Positions 1 through 9,069 of a stretch of DNA of 64,000 nt are shown one piece after another. Position numbers and translations under genes: made by a program. This DNA comes from Chloroflexota bacterium. Its GTDB lineage: Bacteria > Chloroflexota > Limnocylindria > Limnocylindrales > CSP1-4. The notes under the pieces are model-generated. The model was not told where the DNA came from. It made no database searches and saw only the letters and a program-made list of their open reading frames with translations. How positions within the stretch are numbered: the stretch's first letter is position 1; each line of letters begins with the position of its first letter. The stretch spans positions 55,873-119,872 of the forward strand of contig JAXLXC010000003.1 of assembly GCA_046328155.1 (NCBI GenBank), read 5' to 3'.

Positions 1-795
1 CTCGCAGCCAGCCGGCTCGCACCCGGTCGACCACGGAGGCAACATGCCCGTGCGGGATGTGCAGCAGGATGTCGCCGTCCCGGTTGAGGCCGCCGGTGGC
101 GTCCGATTCGACCTCGCAGGCGACCCACGACTCGCCGTCCCAGGCCTCCCACGCCAATGGCGGGTCGTCCGGGTCGACGCCCACGCCCTCGATTCGGCAC
201 GCGAAGCGGAGCAGCACCACGTTCGAGGGCGCTGGCTCGGTGAGCCCGACCAGCAGCATGTCGCCCACCTTGGGCACCGTGTCGAAGCAGAAGAAGCCCG
301 TGCCCAGGGCCAGCTGGTCGCTGTGGTCGCGCACCTGGTTGCGGGCGATGCTCGACGCCAGTCGCTCCAGGGCGACCGTGACGATGGGCAGCTCCGCGGT
401 GGTGCCGAACACGAGCGACGGGTCGCTCTGGGTGCGCACCGTGCCCACCTGGGTGCCCACCGGGATGCGCACCGTCTCGGGCTGGGGCGCCGAGAGCCAG
501 AAGGTGAGCGGCACGCGCGCGGCGGTGGGCGGGAAGAGCCGCACCCCGATGAGCTCCAGGAACCGGATGTAGTCGCGCTCGGGGACGCGGTTGATCCGAT
601 ACAGCAGCTGGTCCGTGATGTAGGCGAACGCCTCCACCAGCGTCACGCCCGGATCGGAGACGTTGTGGTCGGTCCACTCGGGGATCCGGCGCTGGATGAG
701 GCGCTTGGCGTCATCCACCAGGTCCTGGAACCGGCGGTCGTCGAGGGTGGGTGCCGGGAGGCTCATCGTGCGGGCTCCTCGGGGATGACATAGAA
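1..795 (-). CDS. Baseplate J-like protein (Afp11/gp6-like), partial; the 3' end runs off the window
   Basis: Minus-strand reading from the ATG at 795 gives MSLPAPTLDDRRFQDLVDDAKRLIQRRIPEWTDHNVSDPGVTLVEAFAY..., a characteristic baseplate-J N-terminus. It overlaps the gp25 stop (ATGA). There is no stop codon in the window, which is why the ORF track omits it. Confidence 0.8.
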
Positions 796-1167
796 CGGGA
801 ACACGAGGTTGCGCGGGTCGTTGGTGCGGACGGGCCGGTACTGGATGTCGATGAGCAGGACGCCGTGGTCGGCGGCCTCGAAGCCGATGTCCACGTCGAG
901 GACCTCGATTCGGGGCTCCCAGCGCAGGAGCGCCACCCGCACCTCGTGGGCGATACGGCCCGCCGTGGTGGCGTCGGGCGAGGCGAACACCAGGTCGTGG
1001 ATTCCGCAGCCGAACTCGGGGCGCATGGGGCGCTCGCCCGGTGCCGTGCCCACGATGAGCCGGATCGCCTCGTCCAGCTCCTGGGTCCCGTCGACGAGGG
1101 CGATGCCACCCGTGGGGCTGGTGCGGATGGGGAAGGGCCAGCCAGCACCGATCAGCTCGGACGCCAT
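763..1167 (-). CDS. gp25-like baseplate wedge protein (GPW_gp25 / Afp9-like)
   Basis: 134 aa with the conserved ...ELDEAIRLIVGTAPGERPMRPEFGCGIHDLVF... gp25 lysozyme-like fold signature. It sits between the PAAR and baseplate-J genes. Confidence 0.85.
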   Translation of the reverse strand: MASELIGAGWPFPIRTSPTGGIALVDGTQELDEAIRLIVGTAPGERPMRPEFGCGIHDLVFASPDATTAGRIAHEVRVALLRWEPRIEVLDVDIGFEAADHGVLLIDIQYRPVRTNDPRNLVFPFYVIPEEPAR

Positions 1168-1170
1168 CGG

Positions 1171-1554
1171 CTAGCCCACCAGCACCGTGGCACCGCTGGG
1201 CACGAGCGTGCCGGGCGTGAGGCAGCAGGTGGCGGCGGCCGTGGCGCTCGCGGCCGGCTGGCCGCCGAACGTCACGGTGGGGCTGCCGCTCGTGACGCGC
1301 CCCACCTGCATCGGTGGCGCGAGATACGGGTCGGAGGCGTGCAGGCCGACATGCGGCGGCGTGTTGAGACCCGACGCGCCCAGCACCGCGGCGGCCTTGC
1401 CCTCGATGAGCACCGTCGCGCACAGCCCCTGCAGCAGGGGCGCCGAGAAGGGCATCGGCGGGCCTGGGGTGGGGTTGCCGGCGGGCGTGGGGACCTGATG
1501 GATGGCGCACACGCCCTGGACCCGATCCCCCATGACGATGGCTGGCGCACCCAT
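1171..1554 (-). CDS. PAAR-domain spike-tip protein (Afp10-like)
   Basis: 127 aa. The N-terminus MGAPAIVMGDRVQGVCAIH and the PGPPMPF...VLIEGKAAAVLG pattern are typical of PAAR proteins. It lies directly downstream of the VgrG-like gene. Confidence 0.8.
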   Translation of the reverse strand: MGAPAIVMGDRVQGVCAIHQVPTPAGNPTPGPPMPFSAPLLQGLCATVLIEGKAAAVLGASGLNTPPHVGLHASDPYLAPPMQVGRVTSGSPTVTFGGQPAASATAAATCCLTPGTLVPSGATVLVG

Positions 1555-1564
1555 CCCGCGGCCC

Positions 1565-3292
1565 TCAGTTCAGCTGGATGAGGGCGCCGTCCACGTCGAC
1601 CGTGCCGGAGCTCTCGATGGTGATACCGGCGCTCCCCTTGAGCGTCAGCTGGCGCTGTGCCTCGATGCTGATCGAGGCCTGCCCCCTGATCTCCACGTCC
1701 TGGGTCGCCTCGATGACGACCTTGCCGTCCGCGTAGACGTGGATCTGCGAACCCGTCTGCTTGAGTGCGATCCGCAGCTTGTCGTCGCCCGTGATGATCG
1801 AGACGCCCTCCTGGCCATCGCCGTCGAAGAACACCAGCCGTTGGTTCCGGCGCGACACGATCCCCTGACGCCGGTTGTGGCCGTTGTCGAACAAGTCGTC
1901 GCCGAGCGGCGGCTTGTCGATGCCGTTCCAGACGCCGCCCAGGACGTACGGGCGGCGCACGTCGCCGAGCTCGAAGCCAACGAGCACCTCGTCGTTGACG
2001 TCGGGCAGGAAGACCAGGCCGGCCGCCCTGGCCGCGCCCGGCGACACCACGCGCACCCAGTCCGTCTCGTAGGTCTCCGACAGGCTGGGGAACCTGAGCT
2101 TGACCCGACCCATCCGCTCCGGGTCCTCCACATCCGTCACGAGACCCACCATGAGCCCGCTGCCGATCCCCCCGGCGGCCTGCGTGGCGGTCGGGCCGCC
2201 GCCACCCACGAGCCCCAGCAGCGAGCGGTCCTGCCGGCCGCTGACCGAGAACTCGGTGCGATAGCCGTCACGGTCGAACACGTGTCGGGTCGTGGTCGCC
2301 AGATACCGGCCCTGGAAGTCGTCGCCAACGACCGACACCGAGAACGGCGTGCCCGCTCGCAGCGTCGGGTTGCCACGCACCACGCCGTTGGCCTCCGCGA
2401 ACGACGAGCCCATGCGCTCCGCGAGCGCCAGCGCCGCCGCGTCCACGGCCGACTGGGTGGCGACGGGGTCGCGGTTCGAGACGAGCCGCGCGTCCGCGAA
2501 CGTGCCGGCCAGCTGCACCGGGTCGGTCGACAGCTGCGCGCTCCCGGTCGCCGCGGGCGCCGTCGCCATCATCACCTGCTTGCGGATCGGGTCCCACGCC
2601 CGGACCTCGACCTCCTTGACCTGCTCGGCGCTGGTGATGCGGGGGCGGAACTCGAGCAGCTCCTGGCCCATCACCAGCTGCAGCGGGTCCTGCGACTCGA
2701 AGTCGCCCTCGCCGGGTGCGCCGCTGGCAGGGGAGGGCTTGCGGAACTCGAAGCGGCCGTCGGCGAACGCCACCTCGTAGCCGATCTCCCGGGCGCGCCC
2801 CTGGAGGAACTCCCAGTCCGAGATGTTGGCCTGGGACACGTGCTCGTGGGTCGTGGCCGACTCGTCGATGGCGCCCACCTCCACGCCCGCCCGCTTCGCC
2901 ACCGCGCGTGCGATGTCCGAGTCGGTGGCATTGCGCCAGGTCTCGGTGTGACGCCCCCGATGGAACCGATGCGACGGGTCGTAGCCCCGCACGATGGCCC
3001 GCCCGCCGAGCGCGTCGTACTCCCCCTCGATGGCCGTCACCTCGCCCGTGATGAGCGGCGTGGTGGCCTGCTCGCCCAGCGCGGAGCCGGTGATGACCAC
3101 CCGCGAGCCGATGCGCACGCCCGCCTGGGTCAGGACCGTCCGGTCGATGTCCCGGAAGGTCAACAGGAACATGTCCGGCAGGTGGAGGTGGTCGTCCACC
3201 AGCACCGACTCGAGCGCCGGCTCGAGCTCCGGCGACAGCGCAGCCCCATCGATGGTCACGAGCGCCTGGAGGGAGTGGTCGCCGTCGGGCAT
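1565..3292 (-). CDS. VgrG/Afp8-like central spike protein (phage late-control D + gp5 OB-fold family)
   Basis: 575 aa. The N-terminus ...SLQALVTIDGAALSPELEPALESVLVDDHLHLPDMFLLTF is typical of the family. The C-terminal beta-helix-like region is G/V-rich. Confidence 0.85.
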   Translation of the reverse strand: MPDGDHSLQALVTIDGAALSPELEPALESVLVDDHLHLPDMFLLTFRDIDRTVLTQAGVRIGSRVVITGSALGEQATTPLITGEVTAIEGEYDALGGRAIVRGYDPSHRFHRGRHTETWRNATDSDIARAVAKRAGVEVGAIDESATTHEHVSQANISDWEFLQGRAREIGYEVAFADGRFEFRKPSPASGAPGEGDFESQDPLQLVMGQELLEFRPRITSAEQVKEVEVRAWDPIRKQVMMATAPAATGSAQLSTDPVQLAGTFADARLVSNRDPVATQSAVDAAALALAERMGSSFAEANGVVRGNPTLRAGTPFSVSVVGDDFQGRYLATTTRHVFDRDGYRTEFSVSGRQDRSLLGLVGGGGPTATQAAGGIGSGLMVGLVTDVEDPERMGRVKLRFPSLSETYETDWVRVVSPGAARAAGLVFLPDVNDEVLVGFELGDVRRPYVLGGVWNGIDKPPLGDDLFDNGHNRRQGIVSRRNQRLVFFDGDGQEGVSIITGDDKLRIALKQTGSQIHVYADGKVVIEATQDVEIRGQASISIEAQRQLTLKGSAGITIESSGTVDVDGALIQLN

Positions 3293-3294
3293 CG

Positions 3295-3984
3295 TCAGGC
3301 CAGCCGCGTGGCTTCGGTGAGGGTGGGGATGAGCACATGGCTGCCCACCTGCAGACGCATCGGGTCATCGATGGCGTTGAACGTGGCCAGGGCGCGCCAC
3401 AGGGTGGGGTCGCCGTACTCGGCGAAGGCGATGCTCGCCAGGGAGTCGCCCTCCGCCAGGATGTGACGTCGCCGGCCCTCCCGGCTTCCCGAGGTCGGGT
3501 TCTGGCCCTTGGGGTCGGTGGGCACCTCCTCGAGCGTGACGTTGGCGGAGGCCCGGAGGGGGTCGCCCGAGGGGTCGAACAGGGTGTACTTGGCGGTCAC
3601 GGACTTGAGATAGCCCCGGAAGTCGGCGAGCGCCTTGTTGCGGCCCCAGTCGAGGGTCAGGATTGGCGGCTCGGGCTTCTTCTGCTGCACCGACGCGGCC
3701 GTGGGCTTGGTCCAGTCGAGGAGCGTGGCCACGTCGTCGCCCACCGAGCTCCCCTCCTCGAAGCCGTCGAAGAAGATCTCCATCTGGACGGACTGCGGGT
3801 TGGTGCCACCGAACTGGGGCTTGGTCGCCGACTTGGCACCGGTGGTCTGGGGCCGGTTCCACGTGGCGCCCTTGGTGACGGTGTACTCCGCAGGGTTGTA
3901 CAGGAACCGCAGCTCCGTGCGGCTGGGCGAGCCAGCCACCACCCGGAGCGTCGCCTTGGCCAGCCCGGCCGCACCGCCCGCCAT
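3295..3984 (-). CDS. LysM-domain protein (Afp7-like tube initiator/baseplate hub)
   Basis: The C-terminal LysM reads HILAEGDSLASIAFAEYGDPTLWRALATFNAIDDPMRLQVGSHVLIP. I place the start at an internal ATG (3984) lying 4 nt after the upstream tube-gene stop. The 5' extension to 4332 in the ORF track is Arg/Ser-rich and overlaps the tube gene, so I treat it as spurious. Confidence 0.75.
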   Translation of the reverse strand: MAGGAAGLAKATLRVVAGSPSRTELRFLYNPAEYTVTKGATWNRPQTTGAKSATKPQFGGTNPQSVQMEIFFDGFEEGSSVGDDVATLLDWTKPTAASVQQKKPEPPILTLDWGRNKALADFRGYLKSVTAKYTLFDPSGDPLRASANVTLEEVPTDPKGQNPTSGSREGRRRHILAEGDSLASIAFAEYGDPTLWRALATFNAIDDPMRLQVGSHVLIPTLTEATRLA

Positions 3985-3988
3985 CCCG

Positions 3989-4417
3989 TCAGCCCGCCGT
4001 GAAGCCGTTGTGGGCGAGCTCGAGGGTCTCGTTGGCCACCTCGCGCCCGTTGACGTCGAGCGTGGGCCCGGACCAGCGGACCGGGAACACGTCCACCACG
4101 TTCCACCGGGTGACCGTGACGCCCTCGGTGTCCAGCACCCGGATCTCCGCCGTGTGCCCTGCGGCTGGCCCCTTCGCGCTGGAGATCCACGCCGCCACCT
4201 GCGCCGAGAGGGGGTTGAGCGTTCGGGTGAGCTTGATGGTGGAGTACTTGGTGCGCCCGGGGAGCCGATGGACGAACTCGTTGAGGCCGCCCTCCTTGTA
4301 CTCGAAGATCTCCCACTCGACCGCCAGCCCATCGCACTTGGTCCAGAAGCCGAGGTTCTGGGAGTCGATGGTCACGAGGAAGCGCAGTGCCAGCCCGGGC
4401 TCGGGGAAGGAGGACAT
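3989..4417 (-). CDS. Tail tube protein (Phage_T4_gp19 family; Afp5-like)
   Basis: 142 aa: MSSFPEPGLALRFLVTIDSQNLGFWTKCDGLAVEWEIFEYKEGG..., the classic tube-protein motif. Its start overlaps the upstream gene's stop (ATGA). Confidence 0.8.
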   Translation of the reverse strand: MSSFPEPGLALRFLVTIDSQNLGFWTKCDGLAVEWEIFEYKEGGLNEFVHRLPGRTKYSTIKLTRTLNPLSAQVAAWISSAKGPAAGHTAEIRVLDTEGVTVTRWNVVDVFPVRWSGPTLDVNGREVANETLELAHNGFTAG

Positions 4418-6255
4418 CAGCGCACGTCCGCGAGGGTGCCGGCACGCTCGCGAGCCACCAGGAGCTCGCTGGACAGGCTGCGACGAAGCCGCGGGTAGAG
4501 GCGACGGACCATCTCGTCAAGGTCGCGGTCCGCGATGGTCGTGGCGCCACCGGCCGGGCTCGCGGGCTGCGCCGTCGTGGCGGTCGGGCCCGCGGAGGCG
4601 GTCGGCGGCGCGCTGGTGTCCTCGCTCGGGGTGGGGTCATCCGGCGCCGCCGGCAGGGCATCCGTCGATGCGCGCTGCGCGACCACGCTGCTGGCGCGCT
4701 GCGCCACCGCGAGGGCGGGTGCGTCGGTCGCGACGGACGGACGGGCACCCGGCCGGCGCGGGTCGTTGGCTGAGGCAACGACCGACGTCGCCGAGCGAGC
4801 CACCCGGAGGTCGCCCGCCGCGCCCATCGATGCGTCCCTGCCATCGGCCGACCCGCGCGCCGCGACCGCTGTCGTGAGGCGCGTCACGCCACCCGCCGGC
4901 GAGTCGAGCCACCCGGCGGCGCCGTCGGCCACGGCCCGGGCGACCGGGATGGTGCCGAGGCGCTGCGCCGCGCCCGGTCGCGAGGTGCCCCGCTCCGCCG
5001 CGCCGCCTGCCGTGGCGCGCTGCATCGTGGGACGTCTCGCCGGCCCGGGGGCTGCCTGCCCGGCGTCCGTCGATGGGCTGGCCGGGGCGCGCCCCGGAAG
5101 CGTGGGTCGCAGCGGGGCACTGGGCCCGATCGCCTCGACGCCCACGAGCGGTGCCATGACACCCAGGCTCGATGGGGGTGGCTGGTCGGGGGCCACCCCG
5201 TCGTCGTCCGGGCGCGAGGCGGCGACGACCCTGGCCAGCACGAGTCCGCCGGGGATGCCCGGCGCCGGTGCCGGCGGTCGGCTCCCGACCAGCGGCTCCT
5301 CCTCGATGGTCGCTGCCAGCCCGCCGGTGAGGGGTGTCTCGGGTGTCGCCGGGTGGGCCTGTGGTGCGTGGGCTGCGGGATGCCGCTGCAGCGTGCCCGC
5401 GGGCGGCGCGGTCGGCGCCGGCCGCGCTGGCAGGGCCAGGTCCACGGACGGACTGCCGGGGCTCAGGGTCGACCGCTCGACCGGGGGGCCCAGACGGACC
5501 CGGGAGCCACCGGGCGTGCGGAGGATGGTGCGCGTCGGCGCGCCAGCCGGCGTACCCGGCACCGCCGGAGCGCCCTGCGCCTCCCGAGCACGCGTCTCCC
5601 CTGCCGTGCCCGGGATGCGACGTGCGCTGGGATCCGCCGCCGCGGCCGTGCCCCGAGACGGCGCGAGCGACAGGCCCGCGGCGAGCGCCGGGTCCGGGGT
5701 GCGCGCGACGGTCAGGGGGCCGGGCCGCGGCGTGGGCGCGGCGACCACCGACGCCTGCCGCGGCTCGAGCGGCGGCAGGAGGTCGTGGGCCGGCGCCGGC
5801 GCGGCCGAGTCGCCATCGCTGATGGGCACGGCCGCCGACGGCGCGAGGCCCGACGGGACGGGCCCGCCGTCGGACATCCCGCCGCCCTCGGTCATGCGCT
5901 GGGCGGGGGCCGTCGGGCGGCGAGAGCGGAGCGGCAGGTCGACGCGCGAGCCAGGGGCCGCGGTCGTCGGAGCGAGCGTCGGCCTGGCGAGGCCCGAGAC
6001 CAACCCCGCCGGCCCATCGACCGTCCGCGCATGCCCCAGTGGGGCGAGGATGGGCGTTGGCAGCTGGCGGCCCGCGACCTCGTCGGGGAACCGCTGGATC
6101 CGGATGCCCGGGTCGCCTGCGAACGTGGGCAGCAGCGTCCCTGCCACGCGCCAGTCGTGCCTGACGGGCGCCTCGACGCGCTGCACGACCCCGACCGCCG
6201 CGGGCGCGGCGGCACCGTCCGACGGCTGTCGGCGGAAGGGCCAGGGCAGACGCAT
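4417..6255 (-). CDS. Pro/Ala-rich low-complexity protein in the tape-measure position; putative tail-length determinant (Afp14-like?)
   Basis: 612-aa ORF in the same orientation as the operon. It is extremely Pro/Ala/Thr-rich but ends in a non-repetitive motif, DLDEMVRRLYPRLRRSLSSELLVARERAGTLADVR. The alternative frames over this span are Arg-rich and look like antisense/GC artefacts. The exact start is uncertain. Confidence 0.4.
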   Translation of the reverse strand: MRLPWPFRRQPSDGAAAPAAVGVVQRVEAPVRHDWRVAGTLLPTFAGDPGIRIQRFPDEVAGRQLPTPILAPLGHARTVDGPAGLVSGLARPTLAPTTAAPGSRVDLPLRSRRPTAPAQRMTEGGGMSDGGPVPSGLAPSAAVPISDGDSAAPAPAHDLLPPLEPRQASVVAAPTPRPGPLTVARTPDPALAAGLSLAPSRGTAAAADPSARRIPGTAGETRAREAQGAPAVPGTPAGAPTRTILRTPGGSRVRLGPPVERSTLSPGSPSVDLALPARPAPTAPPAGTLQRHPAAHAPQAHPATPETPLTGGLAATIEEEPLVGSRPPAPAPGIPGGLVLARVVAASRPDDDGVAPDQPPPSSLGVMAPLVGVEAIGPSAPLRPTLPGRAPASPSTDAGQAAPGPARRPTMQRATAGGAAERGTSRPGAAQRLGTIPVARAVADGAAGWLDSPAGGVTRLTTAVAARGSADGRDASMGAAGDLRVARSATSVVASANDPRRPGARPSVATDAPALAVAQRASSVVAQRASTDALPAAPDDPTPSEDTSAPPTASAGPTATTAQPASPAGGATTIADRDLDEMVRRLYPRLRRSLSSELLVARERAGTLADVR

Positions 6256-6261
6256 CGTGCG

Positions 6262-6420
6262 CTACTCCTCCTCGGTCAGGCGGCGGTTGATGGTGGAGAT
6301 CTCGGCGGCGAAGCGGTGCCGGTCGGCGTGCTCCAGGTCCATGATCTCGTCCATCGACCAATGGAAGTGGTAGGCCACGTACGCCACCTCCTCGAAGAGG
6401 CGGTCGGCGGCGTACGTCAC
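6262..6420 (-). CDS. Small hypothetical protein in the eCIS operon (about 52 aa)
   Basis: A GTG start overlaps the upstream stop (GTGA). The product reads VTYAADRLFEEVAYVAYHFHWSMDEIMDLEHADRHRFAAEISTINRRLTEEE. There is no recognisable domain and support is positional only. Confidence 0.3.
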   Translation of the reverse strand: MTYAADRLFEEVAYVAYHFHWSMDEIMDLEHADRHRFAAEISTINRRLTEEE

Positions 6421-6848
6421 GATCCCCCCAGGCCGTCGGCCCCCAGGTCGATCGTGAAGTCGTGCTGGCATGCCGGGCAGCTGACCGCGACCTGGCTGGT
6501 GCCCTCCTGGTTGACCCTCCGGTAGAGGTCCTGCAGGAACGCGAGGTCGCTCGCGAACATGCCCTCCACGATGCCGGGATGGACCTCCGGGAGCGACCCC
6601 AGCCGCGTGACGACACGCGACAGGAGCAGCACCGTGAGGTACGCCTCGTTCTCGCGGACGCGCGGGTCCCGCTGGGGGATGATCTCGTCACGGGCAGTGG
6701 CGAGCCGCATCGTCCCCTCGCGGTGGACGCCGCCGTTGGCGTCCACGTAGCCGCGGGGCAGGACGAACGCGAACTCGGTCCGGAGGCCGGTCCCGGCACC
6801 CCGCGCGGGGGCGCCCACGGCCTGGGTGGGCGACGGCGCCAGGCTCAT
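6417..6848 (-). CDS. Hypothetical eCIS-associated protein (143 aa)
   Basis: It lies between the tube and putative tape-measure genes in operon orientation, the position that tail-assembly chaperones occupy in phages. It has a C-terminal SCPACQHD half zinc-finger and non-repetitive composition. Confidence 0.45.
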   Translation of the reverse strand: MSLAPSPTQAVGAPARGAGTGLRTEFAFVLPRGYVDANGGVHREGTMRLATARDEIIPQRDPRVRENEAYLTVLLLSRVVTRLGSLPEVHPGIVEGMFASDLAFLQDLYRRVNQEGTSQVAVSCPACQHDFTIDLGADGLGGS

Positions 6849-6857
6849 CGCGTCGCC

Positions 6858-7313
6858 CTAGACCCGCTCGAACGCCTCGCACACGAGCGAGGCCTCCTCC
6901 ATCAGCACCTCGTTGGCGCCGGCCTTGAGGGTGCCCGTGGAGATCTTGGAGATCCACGCGTTGGTGAAGTTGTAGCGCGCGACCTCCGAGCCGTCGTAGC
7001 TCTTGAGGATCACCGAGCCGTTCTTGCGCGACTCGCTGAGCTTGCCCTCGAGCACCGCCTGGTGCCAGTCCCAGAGGGCCTTGGACGAGCTCTTGGCGCG
7101 CTTGAGGGTGATGGTCGGGGGCTTGACCGCCCCCGGCGCCTTGTGGATGACGAGCTTGCCGTCCGGCGTGTTCTCCTTGAGCTCGACCACGTCGACCTCG
7201 GATGCCAGACCGCTCACCTCGGCGAACTGGGCGATCTCGATGGAATCGATCTCGATGGCGAACAGGTAGGACGCCAGCGCGTCCGTGGGCAGGTTGGGGA
7301 GTCCGCTGGCCAT
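6858..7313 (-). CDS. Inner tail tube protein (Afp1-like, Phage_T4_gp19 family)
   Basis: 151 aa: ...ASYLFAIEIDSIEIAQFAEVSGLASEVDVVELKENTPDGK..., a tube-protein signature. It lies immediately downstream of the sheath gene. Confidence 0.85.
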   Translation of the reverse strand: MASGLPNLPTDALASYLFAIEIDSIEIAQFAEVSGLASEVDVVELKENTPDGKLVIHKAPGAVKPPTITLKRAKSSSKALWDWHQAVLEGKLSESRKNGSVILKSYDGSEVARYNFTNAWISKISTGTLKAGANEVLMEEASLVCEAFERV

Positions 7314-7332
7314 GGGTCGTTGCCTCTCCTCA

Positions 7333-8856
7333 CTATTCGCTCAGGGACGCCCCACCCGAGAACTGCGCGATGCGGAACACCACGAACTCGGCGGGCTTGA
7401 CGGGCGCGATGCCGACCTCGACCACGAGCTGGCCGGCGTCGACCACCTCCGGTGGGTTGGTCTCCGCGTCGCATTTCACATAGAACGCCTCGCCGGGCGT
7501 GGCACCGAACAGCGCGCCATCGCGCCAGGTGCGCACCAGGAAGGCGTTGAGGGTGCGCTTGACGCGCTGCCACAGGTTGAGGTCGTTGGGCTCGAAGACC
7601 ACCCACTGGGTGCCCTCGAGGATCGACTCCTCGACGTAGTTGAACAGGCGCCGCACGTTGAGGTAGCGCCACGCCGGGTCGCTCGAGAGCGTCCGCGCGC
7701 CCCAGATCCGGATGCCGCGTCCCGGGAACGAGCGGATGCAGTTGATGCCGTCGGGGTTGAGCTGGTCGTGCTCGCCCTTGGTGATGACGAGCTCCAGGCC
7801 GAGCGCGCCGCGGATGACCTCGTTGGCGGGGGCCTTGTGGACCCCGCGCGTGTCGTCGTTGCGCGCCCAGACGCCTGCCACGTGGCCGGACGGGGGGATG
7901 TACTGCCCCTTGCCCGACAGGGGATCGAGCACCTTCACCCATGGCCAATACATCGCAGCGTACTTGGAGTCGTAGCCGACCTTGTCGACCCGCCACTCCT
8001 TGACCTGCTGCGCGTTGAGGCCAGGCGGGGCATCGATGATGGCGACGCGGTCGCCCATCAGCTCGCAGTGGCCGATCATGGCCGACTGCACGGCCTGGAC
8101 GCCCTCGAGGTCGATGATCCCCTTCTGGTAGAGGCTCATGAGGTCGGGGACGGCCAGCATGGTCACCTCGTCGACGGCCTCCAGGCCACCGAAGCCGGTC
8201 CGGTCTGCGGGGTCGCCCACGTAGTCGTCGGGGGTCAGCCGCATGGGCTTGGCGTTCTCCGCCCCGGCCAGCGAGACGCGGCCACGCGCCGGTGCGCGCT
8301 CGACGGCGCTGCCGCCCAGCTCCTCGATCGCGATGAGCTTGGACTGCTCCTTGACGATGGTGACGACGTGCTCCTTGCCACGCTTGGTGGAGACGTTGTC
8401 GTAGACCTCCTCCGGCCGACCGGGTGCGCGGACGGTGAGCTTGAACGTCTCCTCCGCGGGCGTGGTCGCCTCCGACACCTCGACCGAGATCTGGTTGCCG
8501 GCCGGCCCTGCCTCCAGGGCGCTGATCCGGTAGCCGCTGAGCTTGCCGTCCTTCTGGGTGGGGATCTCGGCGCGCGCGGTCGCGGCGGGCGCGTCGCCGC
8601 CGATCCGCACCACGTAGCAGGCGCCCCCGCCGTTGAGGAAGAAGCCGTACACCGCATGCGCCAGATACGTGCCCTCGGTGAAGTCGCCGAACGCGGTCAC
8701 GTACTGGCTCCAGTTGGTGATGAGCGTGGGGGCGTTCGTCGGCCCGCGCGCGGCGAGCCCCACGAACGCAGCCACGGCCGTGCCGACGCCCTCGATGGGG
8801 CGCGACCCAGCCTCGACCTCCTCCACGTAGACGCCGGGCGACAGATATGTCGGCAT
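7333..8856 (-). CDS. Contractile sheath protein (Afp2/3/4-like)
   Basis: 507 aa. The start MPTYLSPGVYVEEVEAGSRPIEGVGTAVAAF is the canonical sheath N-terminus, preceded by GGAGG 7 nt upstream of the ATG at 8856. The ORF-track extension to 10245 is Arg/Gly garbage that reads through the divergent promoter. Confidence 0.9.
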   Translation of the reverse strand: MPTYLSPGVYVEEVEAGSRPIEGVGTAVAAFVGLAARGPTNAPTLITNWSQYVTAFGDFTEGTYLAHAVYGFFLNGGGACYVVRIGGDAPAATARAEIPTQKDGKLSGYRISALEAGPAGNQISVEVSEATTPAEETFKLTVRAPGRPEEVYDNVSTKRGKEHVVTIVKEQSKLIAIEELGGSAVERAPARGRVSLAGAENAKPMRLTPDDYVGDPADRTGFGGLEAVDEVTMLAVPDLMSLYQKGIIDLEGVQAVQSAMIGHCELMGDRVAIIDAPPGLNAQQVKEWRVDKVGYDSKYAAMYWPWVKVLDPLSGKGQYIPPSGHVAGVWARNDDTRGVHKAPANEVIRGALGLELVITKGEHDQLNPDGINCIRSFPGRGIRIWGARTLSSDPAWRYLNVRRLFNYVEESILEGTQWVVFEPNDLNLWQRVKRTLNAFLVRTWRDGALFGATPGEAFYVKCDAETNPPEVVDAGQLVVEVGIAPVKPAEFVVFRIAQFSGGASLSE

Positions 8857-9069
8857 GAGTGCCTCCGGTGATCGGAACGGACGCGCCGGAGGCTCGCAGC
8901 GGCAGCCACGACCCGGAAGTGCCCGCCGGTCCGCGGTCGGGGCAGCCGAGGATGCCCCGAGGGGCGATCGCCCGGCTGTCGATGCCTCATCGGGCGATCG
9001 CGAGTGCCCGGTCGGCCGCACCCGGGCGGGGCCCGCCGCCGGTCCCGGGAGGCGATGCTCCCCCGCGCG
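8857..9069. promoter_or_regulatory. Divergent intergenic control region between the sheath operon (-) and the cap/ATPase genes (+). It contains two copies of GGGCGATCGC (8962-8971 and 8992-9001); the first is part of a perfect 12-bp palindrome GGGCGATCGCCC.
   Basis: The two genes are transcribed outward from this 213-bp gap. The repeats were read directly from the sequence. Confidence 0.4.

Noticed and set aside
44-3466. Long plus-strand ORFs (44-793, 751-1581, 1502-3466) opposite the baseplate, PAAR and VgrG genes
   Set aside because: These are antisense to strongly supported eCIS genes. The translations are Arg/Gly/His/Asp-rich low-complexity sequence typical of GC-rich antisense frames, with no domain signatures.
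4535-6799. Alternative 612-aa plus-strand ORF and 720-aa minus-strand ORF over the tape-measure region
   Set aside because: Both have extremely Arg/Gly-rich composition and start inside neighbouring genes. The 4417-6255 minus-strand frame fits the operon junctions (ATGA overlap with the tube gene).
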